Positions 56,811-64,000 of a DNA stretch of 64,000 nucleotides are shown here, piece by piece (position 1 is the stretch's first letter; each line of letters starts with the position of its first letter). The stretch comes from Dehalococcoidia bacterium (GTDB lineage: Bacteria > Chloroflexota > Dehalococcoidia > UBA2979). Position numbers and translations under genes: made by a program. The notes below the pieces were generated by a model. The model was not told the origin of the DNA, made no database searches, and was given only the letters and a program-made list of their open reading frames with translations. The DNA lies in NCBI GenBank assembly GCA_963667465.2, contig CAXXDN010000002.1, positions 896,001 through 960,000 on the forward strand, written 5' to 3'.

Positions 56811-56838
56811 CTCACGGCGTAGCAGGTGCTGTGCTGAC
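56811..56838. repeat. 28-bp direct repeat, copy 2
   Basis: ctcacggcgtagcaggtgctgtgctgac. Confidence 0.75.
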
Positions 56839-56847
56839 GGGCTCCGG

Positions 56848-56885
56848 CCCCCTCGCCCCTTGCGGGAGAGGGCAGGGGTGAGGGG
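56848..56885. repeat. REP-like palindromic intergenic element
   Basis: cccctcgcccct...aggggtgagggg 12-bp stem; matches the widespread CCCTCACCCC...CCCTCTCCC...GGGAGAGGG repeat type. Confidence 0.6.
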
Positions 56886-57065
56886 TGCCGCGGCTGGCTC
56901 AATCGAACCGGGCGCGTTCGCAGCGAACGGGAGCCCGCGCCGGACATCGAGATCCGCTCGCTGTCGGAGCTGACCCGCTTGCTGCCTTGACACGCATCGG
57001 GCGGCGACAGACGCTCAGCACGACAGGCACACCACGCGATCTCGCAGCAACGAAGGGCCGCAACA

Positions 57066-58259
57066 ATGACGACAACCGAATCCGACGCAGCCCCCGGCGT
57101 GCCTTCCGGCCTCGACCTGCCCGAGGGCCGCATCACCCCCGAGGCGCTCGACGACCTGCGCCGCATCACCGGCCTGCAGATGCGCCCCGAGCGCTACATC
57201 CGCGAGGCGACGATCGACACTCTCACCAACTTCTGCAACGGCATCGGCGACCTCAACCCGCTACACCGCGACGAGGAGTACGCGAAGTGGACGCGCCATG
57301 GCGGCCTGCTGGCGCCCGGCTGCTTCCTCTACGCGCGCACCTGGCCCGGCCGCACCCGCTTCGGCCTGCCCGGCGTCCACGGCTTCCACGCCGGCAATGA
57401 CTTCCGCTTCGAGCGCGAGATTCGCATCGGCGACCGCATCGACAGCGTCGAGCGCATGCTCGGCTTCGAGGAGAAGGAGAGCCGCTTCTCCGGCAAGCTC
57501 GTCATCATCCACGTCGAGACCACCTTCACCAACCAGCGCGGCGAGCTGATCGCCACCGTGCGTGGCTGGAACACGCGCCACGAGCGGTCCGCGGCGCGCG
57601 AGCGCGGCAAGGAGACGCAGGCCGACTCCGTCACCGGCGGCGGCCTCGCCTACGACTACGGCGCCGAGGAGCTCTATGAGATCGAGCAGGCGCAGTACAG
57701 CGAGGACGAGCGCATCCGCGGCGGCGAGACCCGCTACTGGGAGGACGTCAAGGTCGGCGACGAGCTCGACGCGATCGCGCGCGGGCCGCTCACCACCTCG
57801 GACGTCACGGCCTGGCTGGTCGGCACCGGCCGAGGGCGCGCGCACGGCGCCGCGCTCAAGGAGGCGCGCCGCCACCCCGGCCACTACTTCCGCAACCCCG
57901 ACGCCGGACAGGGCCTCGAGTACACGGGCATGGGCCATCAGCTGCGCGAGGTCGCGGCGCAGGTTGGCGTGCCGGGCGCCTACGACTTTGGCCCGCAGCG
58001 CATCTCCTGGGCGGGCACGCTGATCGAGAACTGGATGGGCGACGACGGCTTCCTGAGGCGCCTACGCGGTGAGCTGCGCGGCTTCAACCTGATGGGCGAC
58101 ACCACCTGGCTGCGCGGCACGGTGACCCGCACCTACCTCGAGGGCGACGAGGCCCTCGTCGACATCGAGATCCGGGGCGAGAACCAGCGCGGCCGCCCCA
58201 CCCTCCCCGGCCTCGCGACGGTGCGATTGCCGTCAAAGCGTGTGCCGGAGGAGTTGTAG
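57066..58259 (+). CDS. Double hot-dog (MaoC/FAS1-like) dehydratase
   Basis: FCNGIGDLNPL, GVHGFHAG, TNQRGE, RYWEDVKVGDEL, YDFGPQR, NWMGDDGFL. Confidence 0.88.
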   Translation: MTTTESDAAPGVPSGLDLPEGRITPEALDDLRRITGLQMRPERYIREATIDTLTNFCNGIGDLNPLHRDEEYAKWTRHGGLLAPGCFLYARTWPGRTRFGLPGVHGFHAGNDFRFEREIRIGDRIDSVERMLGFEEKESRFSGKLVIIHVETTFTNQRGELIATVRGWNTRHERSAARERGKETQADSVTGGGLAYDYGAEELYEIEQAQYSEDERIRGGETRYWEDVKVGDELDAIARGPLTTSDVTAWLVGTGRGRAHGAALKEARRHPGHYFRNPDAGQGLEYTGMGHQLREVAAQVGVPGAYDFGPQRISWAGTLIENWMGDDGFLRRLRGELRGFNLMGDTTWLRGTVTRTYLEGDEALVDIEIRGENQRGRPTLPGLATVRLPSKRVPEEL

Positions 58260-58336
58260 GGGGCGTCGCGGCTCACGTTCCCACCCCCGCCCACCACCCC
58301 CGGTGCTAGCATCCCCGCGCGACCGAGGAGGGCAAC

Positions 58337-59155
58337 ATGCCGCGTGAGGCCAGGACGCTCGACCAGGCGAACTATGCGGAGATGCTGATCGAGAAGCGCG
58401 ACGACGGGGTTGCGCTGATCACGCTCAACCGGCCGGAGCGGCACAACGCCTCAACGGCCGTGATGCACGCGGAGTTCGCGCAGCTGCCCGGCGATATTCA
58501 GGAGGATCCGGACGTGCGGGCCGCCGTCATTACGGGGGCCGGGCGCTCGTTCTGCTCCGGCGCCGACGTGCAACAGCGACTCGGCGGCGGGGGCGAGGGG
58601 ATGAGCGCGCTCGACGTGCTCGGTGAGCCGCGCGAGATCGTCGAGGGCTTCCTCAACAACGACAAGCCGGTCATCACCGCCGTCAAGGGCTATGCGCTCG
58701 GCTTCGGCTGCACGACGGCGCTGCTCGGCGACATCGTGATCGCCGGCCGCAGCGCGGTCTTCGCCGACCCGCACGTCACGGTCGGCCTCACCGCCGGTGA
58801 CGGCGGCGCGCTGCTCTGGCCGCTGCTCGCCGGGCCGCAGCACGCCAAGTACTACCTGATGACCGGGGAGCGCCTCGACGCCGCGACCGCCGAGCGGATC
58901 GGCCTCGTCTTCAAGGTCGTCGAGGACGACGAGCTGCTCGACGAGGCGCTCGCGATCGCCTCGAAGCTCGCGGCGGGCGCGCCCTACGCCGTGCGCTCGA
59001 CGAAGCGCTCGATCAACCGCGTGCTGCTCGCGATGTCGAACGATGTGATGCACTACTCGCTGGCCGCCGAGGGCATGTCGATGATGACAGCCGACCACAA
59101 GGAGGCCGTCGCCGCCTTCATGGAGAAGCGCGAGCCGAAGTTCACGAATAGCTGA
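58337..59155 (+). CDS. Enoyl-CoA hydratase/isomerase (DPHV...GDGG subgroup)
   Basis: LNRPERHNA, SFCSGAD, DKPVITAVKG, FADPHVTVGLTAGDGG. Confidence 0.92.
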   Translation: MPREARTLDQANYAEMLIEKRDDGVALITLNRPERHNASTAVMHAEFAQLPGDIQEDPDVRAAVITGAGRSFCSGADVQQRLGGGGEGMSALDVLGEPREIVEGFLNNDKPVITAVKGYALGFGCTTALLGDIVIAGRSAVFADPHVTVGLTAGDGGALLWPLLAGPQHAKYYLMTGERLDAATAERIGLVFKVVEDDELLDEALAIASKLAAGAPYAVRSTKRSINRVLLAMSNDVMHYSLAAEGMSMMTADHKEAVAAFMEKREPKFTNS

Positions 59156-59161
59156 CGCCGG

Positions 59162-59479
59162 CTACCCCTGCGAGTGGGCCGCTACTGCGTCGAGGCGATC
59201 GGCGAGGCGGTCCTCGGCGGCCTCGAGCTCGTACTGGCTCTGGAGGCGCATCCAGAATGCCGCCGAGTTGCCGAAGAAGCGCGAGAGCAACAGCGCCGTC
59301 TCCGCGGTAATGGAGCGCTGTCCGTGGACGATGGAGTGAATCCGGCGTGCGTCGACGCCGATCGATTTGGCCAGCCGGTACTGCGTAATTCCCAGCGGCA
59401 GCAGGAACTCCTCGTTGAGGATCTCGCCCGGGTGGATCGGGGACAGGCGCTGCGGGCCAGGGGCCGTCTGAGTCGTCAT
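59162..59479 (-). CDS. higA: HigA addiction-module antitoxin
   Basis: PIHPGEILNEEFL, ITQYRLAK, ITAETALLL, FWMRLQSQYEL. Confidence 0.94.
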   Translation of the reverse strand: MTTQTAPGPQRLSPIHPGEILNEEFLLPLGITQYRLAKSIGVDARRIHSIVHGQRSITAETALLLSRFFGNSAAFWMRLQSQYELEAAEDRLADRLDAVAAHSQG

Positions 59480-59502
59480 GGCCGTCTCTCCTTCGGCTCC
59501 GC

Positions 59503-59790
59503 TCAGTGGTAGTCGACGATCTCCACTTGCCAGGCGCTTGCTTCGCTCCAAACAAAGCAGATCCGCCACTGATCGTTGATACGGATACTGTGCTGCCCGT
59601 CCCGACTCCCAGACAGCGCCTCCAGGCGATTCCCCGGAGGCACCATGAGGTCATGCAAATCCAGAGCGTTGTTCAGGAGCATCAGCTTCCGCTGCGCACG
59701 GCGCTGGATGTCCGGTGGGAGTCTCCTCACGCGCCGCCGTTCAGCGACTGCACGGGTGTCCCTGTCCCGAAACTCCTGATCACCAACCAT
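59503..59790 (-). CDS. higB: HigB (RelE/ParE) toxin; N-terminus possibly frameshifted
   Basis: AQRKLMLL, PPGNRLEALSG, HSIRINDQWRICF, VEIVDYH; the usual start VIRSF (GTG 59783) is one base out of frame with the body. Confidence 0.88.
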   Translation of the reverse strand: MVGDQEFRDRDTRAVAERRRVRRLPPDIQRRAQRKLMLLNNALDLHDLMVPPGNRLEALSGSRDGQHSIRINDQWRICFVWSEASAWQVEIVDYH

Positions 59791-59890
59791 TGATAGTATG
59801 ACACGCTATTAGCGGCAAGCGCCAATAGCCAGTCCCGCCTCCACCTCCCGCCGCGGTGTAGCATCCGCACGAAGGCGAGAGGAGGGCGAG

Positions 59891-61543
59891 ATGGCCGGGA
59901 CCATCGAGGTGCTCAACCCGCGCGGGCGGCTGCACCAGGCCGCTATCCCCCTCGCGCCGAGGCCCGCCCGTCTCGACGGGCTGCGGCCCGGCATCCTCGA
60001 GAATCGCAAGGCGAACGCGAAGCTGCTGCTCGAACGGCTCGTCGAGGGCCTGCGCGAGCGGCACAACCTCGGGCCGACGGCGCTGCGCTCGAAGAACGCC
60101 TCCGCACCGGCGCCCGGCTCCGTGCTTGAGGCGTTCTCGAAGGAGGCGGACTTCGTGCTCGTCGGGAGCTGCGACTGAGGCAGCTGCACGACGTGGAGTG
60201 TCCACGCCTCGATCGCCCTCGAAGCCCGCGGAGTCCCGACCGTCACGATCGGCACCGACGCCTTCAGCGGCCTGATTGAGTACGAGGCCGAGCGACGCGG
60301 CCTGCCCGCGCTGCCTTATGTCACCGTGCCACACCCGCTCGGGGGCATCCCACCCTCCGCCGTCGGCGGCCTCGCCACGCCCGCCACGCCCGAGGTCGAG
60401 CGCCTGCTGACAGCGACCAGCGGCGGCGGCGCGGCCAACGAGGGCGCGGCGACCGCTGCCCTGCCCGCCCGCGGCGATCCAGCCGAGCGGCTCGCGCTGC
60501 CCTCGGACCCGCGTGCGCTGCACGAGGCGGCGATCGCCCGAGGCTGGTCGGATGGCCTGCCGGTCATCCCGCCGACCCCGAACCTCGTGGAGGCGCTGAT
60601 CGCGTGCGGCGACCGTGACGCCCTCGACGTGCTCGGCGTACTGCCGCCGGGCCACGGCCTCGTCACCGTCGAGGTCGTCGCCGCGAACGCGGCGCTGGCC
60701 GGCTGCGAGCCGCGCGCCTTCCCCGTCGTGCTGGCCGCGGTGCAAGCGATCCTCGACGAGGTCCACAACGTCGCCGGGATGAACGCCACGACGCACCCGG
60801 TCGCCGAGACGATCGTGGTGAGCGGCCCGATCGCCGACGAGCTCGGCATCCACTCGGGCAGCGGCTGCTTCGGGCCGGCCTTCCCGGCGAACGCCTCGAT
60901 CGGCCGCGCGATCCGCCTTGTGCTGCTCAACATCGGCGGCGCGCAGCCGGGGCGCGGCGACCAGGCGACGCAGGGCACGCCGGCGAAGTTCGCCTCCTGC
61001 TTCGCCGAGAACGCCAGGGCGAACCCGTGGGAGCCCTTCCACGTCGCGCGCGGCCTCGAGGCGGGCGCGAGCGCGGTCACGGTCTTCGGCAGCGAGGGCC
61101 CGCATAACATCCGCGACGGCGACAGCAACACCGGCGAGGGCCTGCTGCGCACGATCGCCGGGGCGATGAGCCAGCCGGGCAGCAACAACATCCTCAACCG
61201 CGGCAACCCGCTGCTCGCGCTCTGTCCGGAGCACGCCGCGCTCCTCGCCGGTGACGGCTGGACGCGCGAGAGCATCAGGGAGTGGCTGTTCGAGCACGCG
61301 CGCTACCCGGCGGGAAAGCTCTCGCCGGAGCTGCGGCGCGCCATCGCCGTGCGCCGCGTGCCCGAGGGCGACGTGCCCGCGAGCGAGCAGGAGCGCTTCG
61401 ACGACGACGTGCTGCTGCCGATCGCCGAGGAGCCCGAGGGCATCAACATCGTCGTCGCCGGCGGCGCGGGGAAGCACTCGGCGTGGTTCCCCTCCTGGGG
61501 CCGCCTCAGCCGCCCCGTCACCGTGCCGATCGCGGCGCGCTGA
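59891..61543 (+). CDS. UGSC selenoprotein domain fused to the 'DGLPV' domain (Sec at TGA 60176-60178); 550 aa
   Basis: ORFs 59891..60178 and 60326..61543 are in one frame with no other stop between them: VGSCD-TGA-GSCTTWSVHASIALEARGVPTV...VPHPLGG...GWSDGLPVIPPT, NAALAGCEP, ANASIGRAIRL, LCPEH. Confidence 0.88.
60192..60206 (+). promoter_or_regulatory. Candidate bacterial SECIS hairpin
   Basis: UGA + 13 nt + CGUGGA-GUG-UCCACG. Confidence 0.8.
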
Positions 61544-61553
61544 GGGTCGCTCG

Positions 61554-62591
61554 ATGGAGTATCGCAAGCTCGGCCGCTCCGGCCTCACGGTCTCGATCGT
61601 CGGGCTCGGCTGCAACGACTTCGGCGGACGCTGGGACCTCGCACACTCGCGCGAGGTGATCTCGTACGCGCTCGACGCCGGCGTGAATCTCTTCGACACC
61701 TCGGATGTCTATCCCTCGCCCGCCGGTGGTGAGGGGCCGCCCGGACGCTCGGAGGAGTACGTCGGCGAGGTGCTGCGCGGCCGCCGCCACGAGGCGATCA
61801 TCGCCACCAAGTTCTCGCGCCCCACCGGCGAGGGCGCCGCCCTCTACCGCGCGGGCGTCCTCGAGCGCGCCGGGCACGACGCGGGCGCGAGCGCGAGCGT
61901 CGCGCCGCGACTGCTGCGCCAGGGCGCGTCACGGCGGCACATCATCCACGCCCTGGAAGGCTCGCTGCGGCGGCTCGGCACGGACTACATCGACCTCTAC
62001 CAGCTGCACGGGCCGGACCCGACCACCCCGCTCGACGAGACGCTGCGCGCCCTCGACGACCTCGTGCGCGACGGCAAGGTGCGCTACGTCGGCTGCTCCA
62101 ACTTCGAGGGCTGGCGAGTCGCCGAGGCGGCCGGCATCGCCCGCTCGGCGACACTCACGCCGTTCATCTCAACCCAGGCGGAGTACCACATGCTCGACCG
62201 CCGCATCGAGGCGGACCTCGTGCCCGCCTGCAACGCGGCGGGCGTGAGCGTGCTGCCCTACTTCCCGCTCGCCAGCGGCTTCCTCACCGGCAAGTATCGC
62301 CGCGGCGAAACCGCACCCGAGGGCACGCGCTTCGAGATGTCGCCGCACCTGCCGGGCCGCTTCGTCTCCGACGATGCCTGGGACCGGCTCGAACGCCTCG
62401 AGGCGTTCGCGCGCGAGCGAGGCCGCCCGCTCGTCGACCTGGCAATCGGCTGGCTCGCCTCGCAGCCGCACATTGGCAGCATCATCGCGGGCGCGAGCCG
62501 GCCGGAGCAGGTCGAGCAGAACGTCGCGGCCTCGGACTGGCGCCTCGACGCCACCGAGCTGGCGGAAATCGACGAGATCACGCTGGGCTGA
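61554..62591 (+). CDS. Aldo/keto reductase
   Basis: MEYRKLGRSGLTVS, FDTSDVY, IATKF, SLRRLGTDYIDLYQLH, GKVRYVGCSNF, PYFPLASGFLTGKY. Confidence 0.94.
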   Translation: MEYRKLGRSGLTVSIVGLGCNDFGGRWDLAHSREVISYALDAGVNLFDTSDVYPSPAGGEGPPGRSEEYVGEVLRGRRHEAIIATKFSRPTGEGAALYRAGVLERAGHDAGASASVAPRLLRQGASRRHIIHALEGSLRRLGTDYIDLYQLHGPDPTTPLDETLRALDDLVRDGKVRYVGCSNFEGWRVAEAAGIARSATLTPFISTQAEYHMLDRRIEADLVPACNAAGVSVLPYFPLASGFLTGKYRRGETAPEGTRFEMSPHLPGRFVSDDAWDRLERLEAFARERGRPLVDLAIGWLASQPHIGSIIAGASRPEQVEQNVAASDWRLDATELAEIDEITLG

Positions 62592-62615
62592 GGACGGAGC
62601 GCCTCCCGGCGCCGC

Positions 62616-63872
62616 TCATTGCCAGGGCAGCGCCTGCGCATTCGGAGTCACAAAGTCGACATCCGTACCGGGCCGCATTCCTGCCTCTTGCAGCGCGGCG
62701 CTCAACTCCTCGAAGCCCCCGTCGCCGGCGACATCGAGGTGGAAGGTGATCAGCACCACGCCGATCGGCTGGTTCTCGCTGGTCAGCCTGTGTTCAACCT
62801 GGATCACGTTGGAGCGCGAGTCTGCGATGATCGCACTGATGCGGGCCAGCTCGCCCGGCGCGTGCGCGGCGGCGAACGTCACGAGTCGACGGCGCCCCGC
62901 GCCCGTCAGGCCGCGCTCGACGATGCGGCCGAGCAGGTTGATGTCGACGTTCCCGCCGGAGAGCACCACCGCGACCGGCCCGCTCAGCTCGACCGCGCCC
63001 GCGAGCAGCGCCGCGACGCCGAGCGCCCCGGCGCCCTCGACGACGAACTTCGCGCGCTCGATCAGCAGCACCATCGCGTGCTCGATGTCCGGCTCGCCAA
63101 CCGTCACGACCGCGTCGACATGGCGCCGGATCAGCTCGAACGTCAGCTCCGAGGGCCCGGCGACGGCCGCACCGTCGGCGAGCGTCTGCACGAGCGGCAC
63201 CGCGAGTGGCGATCCCGAGCCGAGCGAGGCAGCGATGCCGGGCATCGCCTGCGCCTGCACGCCGACCACGCGCACTTCCGGCTTGAGCGACTTGATGGCG
63301 AGCGCGACACCGGCGAGCAGCCCACCACCACCTGCCGGCACGAGCACCGTCTCCGCGTCCGGCGCCTGTTCGAGCACCTCGAGGCCGAGCGTGGCCTGTC
63401 CGGCGACGACGGCCGGGTTGTCGAAGGGCGGCACGTAGAGCAGACCAAACTCGGCGGCGAGCTCGCGCGCCCGCGCAATGCAGGCCTCGAGCCCACCGTC
63501 AAGCAGCACTACCTCCGCGCCGTAAGCGCGCGTCGCGGCCTGCTTGGCGAGGGGTGCGCTGGCCGGCATCACGACGGTCGCCGGGATACCGCGCTCCGCT
63601 GCGGCGAGCGCGACGCCCTGCGCGTGGTTCCCCGCGCTGGCCGCGACCACGCCTCCCGGCCGCTCCTCGAGCGATTCGAGCATGTTCGAGGCGCCGCGGA
63701 ACTTGAAGGAGCCGCCGCGCTGCAGCTGCTCACACTTGAGCAGCACCGGCACCCCGGCGATCTCGGACAGCGACCCGATCGGCCAGAGCGGCGTCACACG
63801 CGTCGCCCCCGCGATGCGCTCCCGCGCCGCGTACACGTCCTCGATCGTCACCGTCTTGGGCGTCTCAGCCAT
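62616..63872 (-). CDS. ilvA: Threonine ammonia-lyase with C-terminal ACT domain
   Basis: KCEQLQRGGSFKFRGA (PLP Lys), ASAGNHAQG, PAGGGGL, SGGNVD, APGELARI ACT domain. Confidence 0.93.
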   Translation of the reverse strand: MAETPKTVTIEDVYAARERIAGATRVTPLWPIGSLSEIAGVPVLLKCEQLQRGGSFKFRGASNMLESLEERPGGVVAASAGNHAQGVALAAAERGIPATVVMPASAPLAKQAATRAYGAEVVLLDGGLEACIARARELAAEFGLLYVPPFDNPAVVAGQATLGLEVLEQAPDAETVLVPAGGGGLLAGVALAIKSLKPEVRVVGVQAQAMPGIAASLGSGSPLAVPLVQTLADGAAVAGPSELTFELIRRHVDAVVTVGEPDIEHAMVLLIERAKFVVEGAGALGVAALLAGAVELSGPVAVVLSGGNVDINLLGRIVERGLTGAGRRRLVTFAAAHAPGELARISAIIADSRSNVIQVEHRLTSENQPIGVVLITFHLDVAGDGGFEELSAALQEAGMRPGTDVDFVTPNAQALPWQ

Positions 63873-64000
63873 GCTTCCATGTTCGCACGCACGGGGGGTG
63901 TGGGTGCGGGGCGATAACGTGGGGCAGGCGCGCGGTTCCCTCGAACGAGCGGTAAGCGCGGCTAGAACAAGACGGCTGGAGTCGGGTCGCCGTCCTCGAG

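Noticed and set aside
59146-59830. Target duplication (aatagc) around higBA, and a gcgcagcg(a/c)ggc pair around the P450 island
   Set aside because: Matches of 6-12 bp are too short to separate from chance
61541-61552. TGA followed by GGG TCG (U-G-S) at the end of the UGSC fusion as a second Sec site
   Set aside because: No following Cys, no hairpin at +13, and the AKR gene starts 10 nt later in another frame

Overview
High-GC bacterial chromosome segment. The paralog-rich content (luciferase-like monooxygenases, SDRs, CaiB/BaiF CoA-transferases, crotonases, Ltp2/DUF35) and GAAC-N4-GTTC LexA boxes suggest Chloroflexota/Dehalococcoidia or an actinobacterium-like lineage; this is inference only. 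The window holds about 50 CDS, six tRNAs (Gly-GCC, Leu-CAA, Gln-TTG, Trp-CCA, Leu-GAG, Cys-GCA), a ligD-ku-lhr repair cluster, recQ, two type II TA loci, three pseudogenes and a long acyl-CoA catabolic region (43.6-59.2 kb). Main results: (1) Two selenoprotein genes that the ORF track splits at an in-frame TGA, both with a UGSC motif. Both carry a 6-bp hairpin exactly 13 nt after the UGA, with a compensatory base-pair change (a SECIS candidate). One UGSC gene is translationally coupled to a redoxin-'DGLPV domain' fusion and the other is fused directly to the DGLPV domain, outlining a three-module selenium/thioredoxin redox system of unknown function. (2) An accessory lipid/sterol-modification cassette: GOLPH3/GPP34-cytochrome P450 fusion, eukaryote-type sterol C24-methyltransferase homologue, RND/MMPL transporter and Cys-rich PAS-LuxR regulator. 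(3) Two cargo segments with no mobility gene, each flanked by a 28-42 bp direct repeat of the neighbouring gene's 3' end, plus three tandem amplifications of stop-codon regions. (4) A promoter-driven leader RNA with two competing structures, one of which sequesters the ribosome-binding site. All family assignments come from reading motifs by eye; no searches were run.
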